From Peptococcaceae bacterium BICA1-8 (lineage in GTDB: Bacteria > Bacillota > Peptococcia > Peptococcales > BICA1-8), in NCBI GenBank assembly GCA_000802045.1, contig JUEF01000117.1, positions 6,792 through 70,791 on the forward strand: a DNA stretch of 64,000 nucleotides, written 5' to 3'. The notes under the pieces are model-generated. The model searched no databases. It was not told where the DNA came from and was given only the letters and a program-made list of their open reading frames with translations. Positions within the stretch are counted from its first letter, which is position 1. Every line of letters starts with the position of its first letter. A program made the translations under genes and the position numbers. Shown piece after piece: positions 36,582 to 47,289 of this stretch.

Positions 36582-37745
36582 ATGGAGAATAGGTTTATCT
36601 CAAGAAAAAACTTAGTTATTACTGACGTCAAAACTTTCTTAATTGGAACGGAGCGGAAAGACCTTTTATGGGTAAAAATTGAGACTGATTCAGGTATAAG
36701 TGGAGTTGGAGAAGGTACCCTTGAAGGAAAATCCTATTTGGTATCACAGGTAGTATCTAATTTGAAAACTCGCCATTTAATTGGGAAAGACCCTTTTAAT
36801 GTAGAAGAAATATGGTTATCTATCTATAGAAATGAGTACTGGCAAGGTGGACCTGTCATGATGACTTACCTTAGTGCTGTAGAAATTGCTTTGTGGGATA
36901 TAATTGGAAAAGCACTCAATCAACCAGTTTGGAGATTATTGGGGGGGAAAGTAAGAGACCATATTAGGGCTTATGCAAATGGTTGGTCTTTTGGAGCTAA
37001 AGATCCTCAAAGTTATTATGAAAAGGCAAAAGAAGTTGTCAGCAAAGGCTATTCTGCATTAAAGTTCGACCCATTTGCACCATATGGACGCGAATTATCT
37101 ATACAAGAGAAAATGAAGTCAATCGAGATTGTAGAAGCAGTGTATAGTGCAGTTGGTGAAAAAATCGAAATAATGATAGAGGGGCATGGACGTTTTGGCA
37201 CAGATACCGCAATTGAAATTTCAAGAATGTTAGAAAGATTCAATCCTTTTTGGTTTGAAGAACCTGTTAGTTATGATAATTTAGATGCAATTGAAAGAGT
37301 CTATAAAAAATCAAATATTAGAATTGCTGCAGGTGAAAGGTTATATAGTAAGTATGGTTTTAGAGACATTATTAAACGGGGATGCGTTGGAGTAATACAG
37401 CCAGATCCAACACATGCAGGTGGGATTTTAGAAGTCAAGAAAATTGCAGCTATGGCAGATGCTGAGTATATCCCGGTTGCATTACATAATCCATCTGGCC
37501 CAATCTCAACCTCTGTATGTTTACAGATTGCAGGGTGTACCACAAATTATTTAATTCAAGAAGCTTTTCAAGACTTTGATGTGCCATATTTAAAAGATTT
37601 AGTTACTTGGTATCCGAAAGTTATCGACGGATTTTTTGAAATACCTGATAGACCTGGTCTAGGACTGGAATTAGTTGAGGATGCAATACTGGAACACCCT
37701 TATCAAAGTAAGGATTTTAACATATGGGTGGGCAATAAACTTTAA
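36582..37745 (+). CDS. enolase-superfamily enzyme (mandelate racemase / galactonate dehydratase-like)
   Basis: N-terminal capping domain (VKIETDSGISGVGEGT, AVEIALWDIIGKALNQPVWRLLGG) and barrel metal-ligand regions. Confidence 0.85.
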   Translation: MENRFISRKNLVITDVKTFLIGTERKDLLWVKIETDSGISGVGEGTLEGKSYLVSQVVSNLKTRHLIGKDPFNVEEIWLSIYRNEYWQGGPVMMTYLSAVEIALWDIIGKALNQPVWRLLGGKVRDHIRAYANGWSFGAKDPQSYYEKAKEVVSKGYSALKFDPFAPYGRELSIQEKMKSIEIVEAVYSAVGEKIEIMIEGHGRFGTDTAIEISRMLERFNPFWFEEPVSYDNLDAIERVYKKSNIRIAAGERLYSKYGFRDIIKRGCVGVIQPDPTHAGGILEVKKIAAMADAEYIPVALHNPSGPISTSVCLQIAGCTTNYLIQEAFQDFDVPYLKDLVTWYPKVIDGFFEIPDRPGLGLELVEDAILEHPYQSKDFNIWVGNKL

Positions 37746-37843
37746 ATATTATTTTTAACTACCATAGTATTAATAAAACAGTTATATTAATAAATCAGTT
37801 TTTTTGTGAAATATATAAATTTATTTAAGGAGGAAAATAAAGA

Positions 37844-39826
37844 ATGGTTGAAACGCAAAAGAAGGCTAAAAAAGCAATAGTGATTGGTCTTGATGGAGCA
37901 GATCCTATGATGGTGAAAAAGTTCATGAAAGAAGGCAAGTTGCCTAATTTAAAAAAAGCGAAAGAATTTGGTGTAACTACTGAAGACATGTCAATGCACG
38001 GAGTCCATCCAACGATTACACCGCCTAATTGGGCAAGCTTAGCTACTGGAGCACTTCCATGCACTCATGGTATCACATGTTTCTGGAATCATAAAATCGG
38101 AGAACCATTAGATAAACTATCTTATGGCTTTAACTCTCAACTTTGTGAAGCAGAATTTATATGGGATTCTGCAGCCCGAGAGGGAAAGAAAAGTATTGTT
38201 TTTAATTATCCAACAGCATGGCCACCAACTGAAAAAGACTTTACCATTTATGTTGATGGTACTGGAATAGCTGTTAATAGTAGGGCTTTAGTTGATAACG
38301 AAAGGTTTTACTATTGTGAGGAAGGGAATTTTGCAATTCAAGAGATTCCTCATTCGGCTGATCAAAGTGGAACAAACTGTATGGTAGATGGTGAAGTTGA
38401 TGAAAGGACATTTGATATTGCTGGAGATGAGAATACAGCTGCTACATCATTCCCTGGTGGAAAGATGGCAACAATATTAGCTGAAAAAAGGATAGAGCCA
38501 AATAGCGCTAAAGTTGATATTTGTACTACTCCAATTAAACAAAGTGAAGGCTGGAGAATAGAAAGTCTTTCAGCTAAAGAAGTAATATTACCCATTAATA
38601 GTGGTGAACAAAGGAGATATGGATTAATAGTTGCAGAGGACGGCGAAAAGTATAATAAACTACAAATTTATGCAAGTAAAAATGGCGAAACACCTATTGG
38701 TGAAGTTCGAAATGGTGAATGGAGTAGTTGGATCTTTGATAACTTTAAAATAAGTGGAAAAAATATACCAGTGGCATATAAAGTTAAAATCATGGAAATG
38801 AAGGATGACGGCAGCAAATTAGATCTATACTATGCACGTCCTGTTGATTTATCAAATTTAAAATGGTTTTATCCAAAAGAGATAGGCAAAGAATTATATG
38901 AAAATATTGGTCCTATGATGCATTATTCTGATTGTGGAGATGATGATATCCAATTAGATGCACAAAAACAAATGTATAATTGGTATGCAGATGCATTAAA
39001 ATTTTTAACTTCGAATAATGAATGGGATTTATTGTATTTTCATGTGCATGCTCTAGATACTGCTAACCACCTATACCAAAACAAAATTCTAGAAGAACAT
39101 TCTAAAGACCACGAAAAATATTTAGATATACTATATAAGTACTATGAAATTTCCGATGATTTTGTTGGGGAAATCATGAAGATTGCTGATGAGGATACGT
39201 TAGTATTTATAGTATCTGATCATGCGGGGATGAGTAACGAGGCTGATTGTGAAATGCCGGCTTTAGGTGACCCTTGGAGTGTAGGCGGCAAAGTTTTAGA
39301 GGATTTAGGGTATACGGTAGTTAAACGTGAGAATGGAAAAGCGGAAATAGATTGGGAAAAGACTAGAGCAATAAGTCAGAGATCAGGTTATATTTATATA
39401 AATCTAAAAGGTAGGGATCCGCAAGGAGTTGTTCATCCTGAGGAATATGATAGCTTGGTTGAAAAGATTATTGATGATTTATATTCCTACAGAGATAGTG
39501 GAAATGGTCGTAGACTAATTAAACTAGCTTTAAATAAAAAAGATATGTCTATTTTAGGCTTAGGTGGCGACCATGTTGGTGACGTATATTTCCTATTTAA
39601 TCCGAGTTGGGCTAGAGTTCACGGTACATCATTAACAACAGATAGTTATAAAAACACTTCGGTTGGGTGTTTATTTATGGTATCGGGTCCAGGAATTAAA
39701 AAAGATCAGTTAATTAATAGACATATTTCTATTATCGATATTGTTCCGACAATTTGTCATTTAACAGGTATTTCTGTACCGAGACATGCTGAAGGGGCGG
39801 TTTTGTATCAGGCTTTAGAAGATTAA
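37844..39826 (+). CDS. alkaline-phosphatase-superfamily protein (type I phosphodiesterase/nucleotide pyrophosphatase-like)
   Basis: N-terminus VIGLDGADPMMVKKFMKEGKLPNLKK, central HVHALDTANH, and SDHAG. Confidence 0.7.
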   Translation: MVETQKKAKKAIVIGLDGADPMMVKKFMKEGKLPNLKKAKEFGVTTEDMSMHGVHPTITPPNWASLATGALPCTHGITCFWNHKIGEPLDKLSYGFNSQLCEAEFIWDSAAREGKKSIVFNYPTAWPPTEKDFTIYVDGTGIAVNSRALVDNERFYYCEEGNFAIQEIPHSADQSGTNCMVDGEVDERTFDIAGDENTAATSFPGGKMATILAEKRIEPNSAKVDICTTPIKQSEGWRIESLSAKEVILPINSGEQRRYGLIVAEDGEKYNKLQIYASKNGETPIGEVRNGEWSSWIFDNFKISGKNIPVAYKVKIMEMKDDGSKLDLYYARPVDLSNLKWFYPKEIGKELYENIGPMMHYSDCGDDDIQLDAQKQMYNWYADALKFLTSNNEWDLLYFHVHALDTANHLYQNKILEEHSKDHEKYLDILYKYYEISDDFVGEIMKIADEDTLVFIVSDHAGMSNEADCEMPALGDPWSVGGKVLEDLGYTVVKRENGKAEIDWEKTRAISQRSGYIYINLKGRDPQGVVHPEEYDSLVEKIIDDLYSYRDSGNGRRLIKLALNKKDMSILGLGGDHVGDVYFLFNPSWARVHGTSLTTDSYKNTSVGCLFMVSGPGIKKDQLINRHISIIDIVPTICHLTGISVPRHAEGAVLYQALED

Positions 39827-39908
39827 CTTGCAACATCTCTTTTTTAGATACTTCAGAGAAGGGGAAGTTTGAAACTATTTATAGTATGTGCGCTTGGAGG
39901 AGAGTGTT

Positions 39909-41126
39909 ATGCCAACATACGACATTGCAATTGTAGGTGGTGGACCTGCTGGATTAACATCTGGAATTTATGGTGCAAGAGCAAAACTTAAAACAATTAT
40001 TTTTGAAAAGGCAATCCCAGGAGGGCAGGCTTTCACAACACGTGAGCTTGTAAACTACCCAGGCTTTTTTGGTGAAACATCAGGACCTTATATATCAAAA
40101 AAAATCCAGGATCATGCTATTAAATTCGGTGCAGAATTTGTAAAAGAAGAAGTAATTGATATAAATATAAACCTTGACCCTAAAGTAATAACTACGAATA
40201 AAGGAAATGAGTATCATACAAAAGCTGTAATTCTTGCTCCTGGTGCAGAACCCAGGTTATTAAATGTAAAAGGAGAAAAAGAATTTAAAGGAAATGGGGT
40301 TTCATACTGTGCTACTTGTGATGCAGAATTCTATGAGGGTCAAACCGTTATTGTTATTGGAAATGGTGATGCTGCAATAGAGGAAGCTATATATCTTACT
40401 AAATTTGCTGATAAGGTAATTATTGTTGTGATTCACGATGAGGGTGTTGTTGATTGTAACAAGTATAGTGCAGAGAAGGCATTTAACAATCACAAAATTG
40501 ATTTCGTATGGAATTCAATATTAGATGAAATAAAAGGGAATGACGAGGTTAGCTCAGTCATAATAAAGAATTTGAAAAATGATTCTTTATCTGAGATAAA
40601 GTGTGAAGGTGTTTTTATCTATATTGGTAGTTTACCACGGACTGGTTTTCTAAAAGCCCAAGTGGAAATGGATGAAAGAGGATATATTGTTACTAATGAA
40701 AAAATGGGGACATCAGTACCTGGTGTTTTTGCTGTAGGAGATGCCAGAAATAAGTATCTAAGACAGGTTGTAACTGCTGTAAATGATGGAGCTATTGCCG
40801 CAGTTGCCGCTGAAAGGTACATTTTTGAAGAAGATGAATTTAAAGAGCGGATATTGGAATCTCCAAAACAGGTAATTATAGCTTTTTGGAGTCCCTTCAT
40901 TCCCGAAAGCATAAATCGGGTTGCTTTATTAGAAAAGGTTGTTTCTACAACTGATGGGAGATTTAGATTAGTTAAGATTGACACATCACGAAACCAAAGA
41001 ATAGCTTCTAAATTCAAAATACTGAATGTTCCTGCAATTTACTTGCTCAATCAAGAAGGGCAAAAAATTTATGATTTAACGGATAAAATTTATCAGAAGG
41101 ATTTAAAATCGGTTCTAGGAATATAG
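39909..41126 (+). CDS. trxB: thioredoxin-disulfide reductase fused to a Cys-less thioredoxin-fold domain
   Basis: FAD motif VGGGPAG and redox centre CATCD. The C-terminal ~100 aa are Trx-like, but WSPFIP replaces WCxxC. Confidence 0.8.
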   Translation: MPTYDIAIVGGGPAGLTSGIYGARAKLKTIIFEKAIPGGQAFTTRELVNYPGFFGETSGPYISKKIQDHAIKFGAEFVKEEVIDININLDPKVITTNKGNEYHTKAVILAPGAEPRLLNVKGEKEFKGNGVSYCATCDAEFYEGQTVIVIGNGDAAIEEAIYLTKFADKVIIVVIHDEGVVDCNKYSAEKAFNNHKIDFVWNSILDEIKGNDEVSSVIIKNLKNDSLSEIKCEGVFIYIGSLPRTGFLKAQVEMDERGYIVTNEKMGTSVPGVFAVGDARNKYLRQVVTAVNDGAIAAVAAERYIFEEDEFKERILESPKQVIIAFWSPFIPESINRVALLEKVVSTTDGRFRLVKIDTSRNQRIASKFKILNVPAIYLLNQEGQKIYDLTDKIYQKDLKSVLGI

Positions 41127-41138
41127 TAGGAGGTATAT

Positions 41139-41471
41139 ATGGATAGTGGTCATATTGCTTCATTAACAGACCAAAACTTTGACAAAGAACTATTTGAACA
41201 AAAAAATATATCAATAGTTTTTTTTAAGGCTGAGCGTTGCGCGGTATGCTCTGAAATGCTACCAGTAGTTTATGAAATAGCGGAGGAATATAAGGATAAG
41301 TTAAAAGTGTTTAAGGTAGATGTGGATGATTTCAAGGCATTAGCGAAGAGAATGAGAATAAAGGGTATTCCAACGTTAATACTTTTTAAAAATGGGGAGG
41401 TGGAGCAAAAGCTAGCGGGTTTGCTTTCCAAAGAGCAAATTCTTAATACTATTGAAAAACTTGTTAATTAA
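41139..41471 (+). CDS. trxA: thioredoxin with an atypical CAVC active site
   Basis: 110 aa with Trx-fold spacing (FFKAERCAVCSEM ... GIPTLILF). Confidence 0.75.
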   Translation: MDSGHIASLTDQNFDKELFEQKNISIVFFKAERCAVCSEMLPVVYEIAEEYKDKLKVFKVDVDDFKALAKRMRIKGIPTLILFKNGEVEQKLAGLLSKEQILNTIEKLVN

Positions 41472-41494
41472 AAAACATGTAAAGGGGAGGGCGT

Positions 41495-41953
41495 ATGGGC
41501 GATAATAGCCAGGTAGCCGTTTTTAACAAAAAGGATTTTTTTACGGGCATATCATTTTTAGTTATTTCACTTTTAATTTATATACAAACAACTACTCTAC
41601 CACCAGAAGCAGCATTATTCCCTAGAATTTCCATTTCAATTATATCTTTGACCGGAATAGTGATACTAGTTAAGTCATTAAAGTCTAAAGTAAGAAAAAG
41701 TAGTACAATAATGAGTAAAAATGTGATAATAGCATTTATTGGGCTGTTAGTTACCTATTTTCTTTTAAAAATACTTGGTTTTTATTCAACAGTGTTTTTG
41801 TTTATATTGTTTATGTTTCTACATATTAAAAAAGAAAGAAAGTTAATAACTGTTTTAAAGGCTTCAATATTTAGTTTATTTTCAACAATCATTTTATATT
41901 TAGCTTTTTATAAAGTAATGAGCCTTATGACTCCCACAGGGTTACTATTTTAA
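41495..41953 (+). CDS. tctB: tripartite tricarboxylate transporter TctB-family small membrane protein
   Basis: 152 aa with four TM segments, located next to the TctC/TctA-like genes. Confidence 0.7.
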   Translation: MGDNSQVAVFNKKDFFTGISFLVISLLIYIQTTTLPPEAALFPRISISIISLTGIVILVKSLKSKVRKSSTIMSKNVIIAFIGLLVTYFLLKILGFYSTVFLFILFMFLHIKKERKLITVLKASIFSLFSTIILYLAFYKVMSLMTPTGLLF

Positions 41954-41970
41954 AATTATAAGGAGGATGA

Positions 41971-43005
41971 ATGTTAATGAAAAATCAAAGAAACAAATTA
42001 TTATTTATCTTAATACTGGTTATTATTAGTTCTTTTGTAGTGTTTGGGTGCTCAGATAATAATCAGCCCGCCACGCAGAATCAATCCGAGGAGAAAAAAC
42101 AGGAACCAAAAATAGACTATCCAAAAGGTAATATTCAGACAATCGTTTCTTACTCTGCAGGTGGCGGAACAGATACAACAGCACGTATTGTGGCAAGCTT
42201 CTTAGAGAAGGAATTAGGTAAATCTGTAATTGTTGTCAATAAGCCAGGTGCCAAAGGAGAATTAGGAATGACAGAGACCGCTAATGGAAAGCCTGATGGA
42301 TATAATCTAGGATTTATTAGCTATCCTGATAATGTATTAATGTCTTCCTATAAGGAAACAACCTATGATAATAGTAAATTAAAATATATAGCTTCATTTA
42401 CCCAATCACCCACGGTATTACTAATAAAAAAGGATAGCCCCTATAGTACAATTGAAGAATTCATAAGCTATGCAAAAGAAAATCCTGGCAAAATTTCTGT
42501 AGCTGTTGGTGGAGATGGTCATGTTTATAGTGTAATGCAACTAGAAAAGGCTGCCGAGATAGAACTTCAAACTGTAATGTTCTCAAGTGGTTCAAAGGCT
42601 ATGAATGCAGCTGTTGGAGGTCATACTGATGCAGCGTTTGTTGCTATTCAATTTGGCTTAGCTTCTCAGGAACAAGGGTGTAAAGTAATAGGTTCAGCAG
42701 GTAACGAAAGAACAAACAACTTAGCAGATGTACCAACCTTCATAGAAAAAGGCTATGATGTGCAAGCAGAGATGATGAGGATTCTAGCCACACCAGTTGG
42801 TACACCAGATGAAATCGTAAATATTCTTAAAGAAGCTTGTGACCAAGTAAGTAAGAGTCAGGAGTATATAGATAAATTAGGTAATACCGGAGAAATAGTA
42901 AAATACCAAAGTGGACCGCAATTAGAAGAATTTTTGAAGAAATCAGATGCTAAGATAAAGGAAGTAGTAGGAGAGAATAAAGATATGTTCTTAAGAGGTG
43001 CGTAG
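41971..43005 (+). CDS. tctC: tripartite tricarboxylate transporter substrate-binding protein (TctC/Bug family) lipoprotein
   Basis: Lipobox VFGC and the motif YSAGGGTDTTARIVA. Confidence 0.85.
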   Translation: MLMKNQRNKLLFILILVIISSFVVFGCSDNNQPATQNQSEEKKQEPKIDYPKGNIQTIVSYSAGGGTDTTARIVASFLEKELGKSVIVVNKPGAKGELGMTETANGKPDGYNLGFISYPDNVLMSSYKETTYDNSKLKYIASFTQSPTVLLIKKDSPYSTIEEFISYAKENPGKISVAVGGDGHVYSVMQLEKAAEIELQTVMFSSGSKAMNAAVGGHTDAAFVAIQFGLASQEQGCKVIGSAGNERTNNLADVPTFIEKGYDVQAEMMRILATPVGTPDEIVNILKEACDQVSKSQEYIDKLGNTGEIVKYQSGPQLEEFLKKSDAKIKEVVGENKDMFLRGA

Positions 43006-43033
43006 GAGTTTACTTATATAAGGAGGTCTATAT

Positions 43034-44536
43034 ATGGACTTATTACTCCAAACAATGGCTTCTATTTTTAATCCGCTTACACTAATGTTAACTATTCTTG
43101 GGACACTAGTGGGTATAATTATGGGAGCACTACCAGGTTTAAATGGTCCCATCGGAGTTGCATTGCTTCTTCCGTTCACATTTAATATGGATCCAGCAAC
43201 AGGACTATTGATGCTTGGTGGAATATATATGGGATCAAATTATGGTGGGTCCATATCAGCAATACTTTTAAATACACCGGGGACTGAAGTTGCTGCATGC
43301 ACAGCTTTGGAAGGATTCCCGCTAGCACAACAAGGAAGAGCTAAGGAAGCATTATATTATTCAATCTCTGCTTGCTTTGTAGGTGGTTTGATTGGTGTAG
43401 TTGTACTAATATTTTTCACTCCGTTGTTAGCCAAAGTTGCCTTGAAATTTGGACCTCCTGAAATGTTCTTAATGGCAATGGCTGGATTAGCGGTAGTGGG
43501 TAGTTTAACTGGGAAAAGTTTATCAAAAGGTATTTTTGCTGCAGCATTCGGAATTTTATTAAGTACAATTGGACCGGATATAATGACAGGTACTGATAGA
43601 ATCTCCTTCGGAATAAACCAGCTAAGGGGTGGCATTCCTTTAGTGCCGTCAATGATAGGTTTATTTGCAATAAATGAAATGTTATCCCAATTAGATAATC
43701 AAGAGGGAAGTTTAATTAAAGTTCCCTTTAAAGAAATTACATTTAAGGAGGTATTTTCAAAATTAGTAAAAAGCCCTGCTTTAGTTTTAAAATCATCTAT
43801 ATTAGGCACTCTTATAGGTATACTGCCGGGTACTGGTGGAGCAATTGCAACCTTCATTGCATATGGCGAGGCAAAGAGAACTTCTAAAAATCCGGAGCTC
43901 TTTGGTAAAGGCAGTATAGAGGGAATTATTGCTCCCGAAAGTGCTAATAATGCTGCAGTAGGAGGATCCTTAGTTCCTTTATTAGCCCTAGGTATTCCTG
44001 GCTCTGCAACTGCCGCAATACTTTATGGGGCGTTGACAATTCATGGTCTTATACCAGGACCGAGGTTATTTTTAATCAATCCAAATATAGTTTATACATT
44101 TATGATTGGTATGCTTATAACGGTTTTTATTATGGGAGTAATAGGGGTATATGGTGTTCCATATTTCTCTAAAATTCTAAAGGTAAAATTAATATATATT
44201 ATCCCAACTGTATTATCCTTGAGCTTATTTGGAGCTTACAGCATTAGAAATAACCTTAATGATGTATTATTGGCCATTACATTTGGGATAATTGGTTATA
44301 CACTAAGAAAGATTGATATACCCATAGCCCCAATAATACTTGGTATAATATTAGGACCCTTAGCTGAAGAAAATTTTAGACAGTCTTTAAGTATAGCCAA
44401 GTCTGAATCGGGAAGCGTTTTAAATTATTTTATAATGAGGCCAATTTCTGTTGTGATTTTTATTCTACTAATTTTATTACTATATACTAATTTTAAAGGC
44501 TCATTTGCATCAAAATCAGAAAGCATGGATGAATAG
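43034..44536 (+). CDS. tctA: tripartite tricarboxylate transporter permease (TctA family)
   Basis: 500-aa polytopic protein with GALPGL and GILPGTGG repeat motifs. Confidence 0.85.
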   Translation: MDLLLQTMASIFNPLTLMLTILGTLVGIIMGALPGLNGPIGVALLLPFTFNMDPATGLLMLGGIYMGSNYGGSISAILLNTPGTEVAACTALEGFPLAQQGRAKEALYYSISACFVGGLIGVVVLIFFTPLLAKVALKFGPPEMFLMAMAGLAVVGSLTGKSLSKGIFAAAFGILLSTIGPDIMTGTDRISFGINQLRGGIPLVPSMIGLFAINEMLSQLDNQEGSLIKVPFKEITFKEVFSKLVKSPALVLKSSILGTLIGILPGTGGAIATFIAYGEAKRTSKNPELFGKGSIEGIIAPESANNAAVGGSLVPLLALGIPGSATAAILYGALTIHGLIPGPRLFLINPNIVYTFMIGMLITVFIMGVIGVYGVPYFSKILKVKLIYIIPTVLSLSLFGAYSIRNNLNDVLLAITFGIIGYTLRKIDIPIAPIILGIILGPLAEENFRQSLSIAKSESGSVLNYFIMRPISVVIFILLILLLYTNFKGSFASKSESMDE

Positions 44537-44679
44537 ACCTAATCAAAGCTAAGTCTAATTTAAATAAAACAGACTCCCCCTTAAAAGAGCAAGAATTTAA
44601 TAGTTCTTGCTCTTTTATCCAATTATGTACAAGTTTAATTTTAGGTGAGTATAAAATCGTTAATATGAGGAGTAGGAAA

Positions 44680-45630
44680 ATGGAATATTCAAAATTGGGA
44701 AATACAGAAATAAAAGTTTCTGAATTATGCTTTGGGTTACTTCCTATTGGCCCTCTTCAGGCAAATATTCCTTTGAATGAAGGAGCATATTTAATAACAA
44801 AAGCATTAGAAAATGGAGTAAACTTTTTTGATACAGCTGAGGCTTACAAAACATACGAATATATTACTACCGCTTCAAAGGGGTTTAGCGGGGAAATAAT
44901 TGTTGCTTCAAAATCTAAAGCATCGGACTATCATGGTATGGAGAATTCTATACATGATGCATTAGATTCCCTGCAGAGAGATTATATTGATATATTCCTA
45001 CTACATGCTGCTAGAGCAACAGATAAAGTGTTCGAAGAAAGACAAGATGCTTTGAGGTGTTTGCTTAATTATAAAGAAAAAGGATTTGTTAGAGCAATAG
45101 GTATTTCAACACACAGTGTGAAAGTTGTTGAGAAGGCTTCGGAAATTAATGAAATAGATGTCGTATATCCTCTAATTAATTTAAAAGGAAGAGGAATATT
45201 AGACGGGGGCGTTAATGAAATGCTAGAAGCTATCAAAAAATGTGCAACTAGTGGGAAGGGGCTATATGCAATGAAGGCATTGGCGGGGGGGAATTTAGTT
45301 AATGAATTGACAGAAGCAATTAGTTTTGTTAGAAATATTGAATATATGAATTCTGTCTCGATAGGTATGATTAATGAACAAGAATTAGATATAAATTTAA
45401 GTATATTTAATAATCAAGTGATTAGCAAAGAGGTGTTAAAAAATCTGACTAATTCTAAAAAAATACATATTTTTTGGAGACATTGTATAAAGTGTGGTAT
45501 TTGTATCAAAACCTGCCCCAATAATGCTCTTGAGCTAGGAACAAAGTCAGTAGTAATAGATCATAATAAATGTATTTTATGTGGATATTGTAGTCCAGTT
45601 TGCCCTCAATTTTGTATTAGGATGCTATAA
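44680..45630 (+). CDS. aldo/keto reductase fused to a C-terminal 2x[4Fe-4S] ferredoxin domain
   Basis: AKR N-terminus [19 protein letters not shown], and a C-terminus with [12 protein letters not shown] ... [15 protein letters not shown] at 44680 follows GAGGAG. Confidence 0.8.
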   Translation: MEYSKLGNTEIKVSELCFGLLPIGPLQANIPLNEGAYLITKALENGVNFFDTAEAYKTYEYITTASKGFSGEIIVASKSKASDYHGMENSIHDALDSLQRDYIDIFLLHAARATDKVFEERQDALRCLLNYKEKGFVRAIGISTHSVKVVEKASEINEIDVVYPLINLKGRGILDGGVNEMLEAIKKCATSGKGLYAMKALAGGNLVNELTEAISFVRNIEYMNSVSIGMINEQELDINLSIFNNQVISKEVLKNLTNSKKIHIFWRHCIKCGICIKTCPNNALELGTKSVVIDHNKCILCGYCSPVCPQFCIRML

Positions 45631-46026
45631 AAAAATATACCATTTTACATAAATTTATCTAGATGATTAAAATTAATATAAGAACATCCCCAAAGTGCAT
45701 AAATAACCCGGTTTCTAGAGTACTCAATATAAATTTTGGTTATTTTTTCCTAGGTCCCCACTTGGTGGACGAATTAAAGAAATTTATAAGGTTGAAAATG
45801 GTGAATGCTTTGTTCTTCCTCAACTTAATAGGAATAAGGCGTTAACAAAAAAATGTGTTAAAGTAGAAGCAATTAACTTAATGAAGAACATGTATAAATT
45901 GCATACTAGAGTAAACGGACCTGGTAACAAAACTAAATATTGACAAAATGTTAATATATTTAGATGTTCTTGCTAATAAGAACGCCTGAGAACTGCACAT
46001 TAGTGACCTTCTTAACGAAGTTAAGG

Positions 46027-46062
46027 AAACACCTTCGAATGTGTGATTTCGAAGGTGTTTTT
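46027..46062 (+). terminator. rho-independent terminator
   Basis: 13-bp stem AAACACCTTCGAA/TTCGAAGGTGTTT followed by a T-run. Confidence 0.7.
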
Positions 46063-46167
46063 AATATGTGATAAGTTCATTTAACCGTGAGAGGTAATTT
46101 TGGAAATAATTATATCCATATTATGGTATAATATTAAATAGTTTAATATATGGCTGGAGGAATGGGA

Positions 46168-47289
46168 ATGTCCTTAAAAATATTACATACATCTGACCTA
46201 CATATTGGGATGAAGTTTAATTGCTACCCGGATAATCTAAAAGAAGAGCTTATTGAAGCACGGTTCAATGTATTACAAACACTAATCAATAAAGCAAATG
46301 CTGCTGAGTGTGATATTTTTGCTATAGCAGGAGATCTTTTTGAAAAAATCTCAATACCAAAAAGAGATGTCGACAGAGTAATAAGAATGCTTGAAAGTTT
46401 TGCAGGTAAGTGTGTGTTAATTTTACCGGGAAACCATGATTTTGATGACGGTGTATCCGATCTATGGCAAACATTCAAAAATAAAATGTCAGAAAAAATT
46501 ATTCTCTTAAACCAAAATAGGACATATAAATTGCACAGTTATGACTTAGATGCAATTATATATCCAGCCCCTTGCGATAAAAAACATAGTGAGGAAAACA
46601 ATCTTGGCTGGATTAAGAACATTACTAATAAGGAAGATGCTATTTGGCATATTGGAATTGCACATGGCGCATTAGAGGGACTTTCCCCCGATATGAAAAG
46701 AGAATACTTTTATATGACTCTTTCTGAGCTAGAGGCACTTCCATTAGATCTTTGGCTTTTAGGTCATACCCATATCCCCTATCCCCAACAAGAGAATATC
46801 ATTGGACATAAGATATTTAATGCCGGCAGTCCTGAGCCTGATGGAATGGATTGTAACAATGAAGGACATGCTTGGATGATTGATATAGACGAAAATAAAA
46901 AGACAAGAGCCCACAGAATTACTATAGGGTCATTTAGGTTTATAGATTCGGTAGAAATAGTAGAGGACTACGGTTCTTTTGAGTCATTAAAAGCCAAATA
47001 TTTAAACGATATGGCAAATAAGATACTCCTTAGGTTAAAACTGCAGGGAAGGGTGGATCTTGACCTATTTAGAAGGAAAGAAATCTTTTATGAAGAGTTT
47101 ATGAAGAAGTTGGCTTATTTTTATATAGATGATTCAAATCTTAGAATTAAAATTACAGGGGAGGTTATTGATAGAGAATTTACAGCAGGCTCATTCCCTC
47201 ACCAGTTTTTAACAGAACTTTTTAAAGAGAATAAAGAAGAAACGCTGCAAATTGCCTATGAATTGATTCAGGAGGTAAAAGCATTATGA
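46168..47289 (+). CDS. metallophosphoesterase, SbcD/YhaO-like DNA exonuclease subunit
   Basis: Motifs LHTSDLHIG, GDLF, GNHD and GHTH. ATG at 46168 lies 7 nt after GGAGG. Confidence 0.8.
   Translation: MSLKILHTSDLHIGMKFNCYPDNLKEELIEARFNVLQTLINKANAAECDIFAIAGDLFEKISIPKRDVDRVIRMLESFAGKCVLILPGNHDFDDGVSDLWQTFKNKMSEKIILLNQNRTYKLHSYDLDAIIYPAPCDKKHSEENNLGWIKNITNKEDAIWHIGIAHGALEGLSPDMKREYFYMTLSELEALPLDLWLLGHTHIPYPQQENIIGHKIFNAGSPEPDGMDCNNEGHAWMIDIDENKKTRAHRITIGSFRFIDSVEIVEDYGSFESLKAKYLNDMANKILLRLKLQGRVDLDLFRRKEIFYEEFMKKLAYFYIDDSNLRIKITGEVIDREFTAGSFPHQFLTELFKENKEETLQIAYELIQEVKAL

Noticed and set aside
45663-45845. 60-aa plus-strand ORF after the AKR-ferredoxin gene
   Set aside because: It has no SD and no recognisable features, and lies in an AT-rich intergenic region ahead of a terminator.
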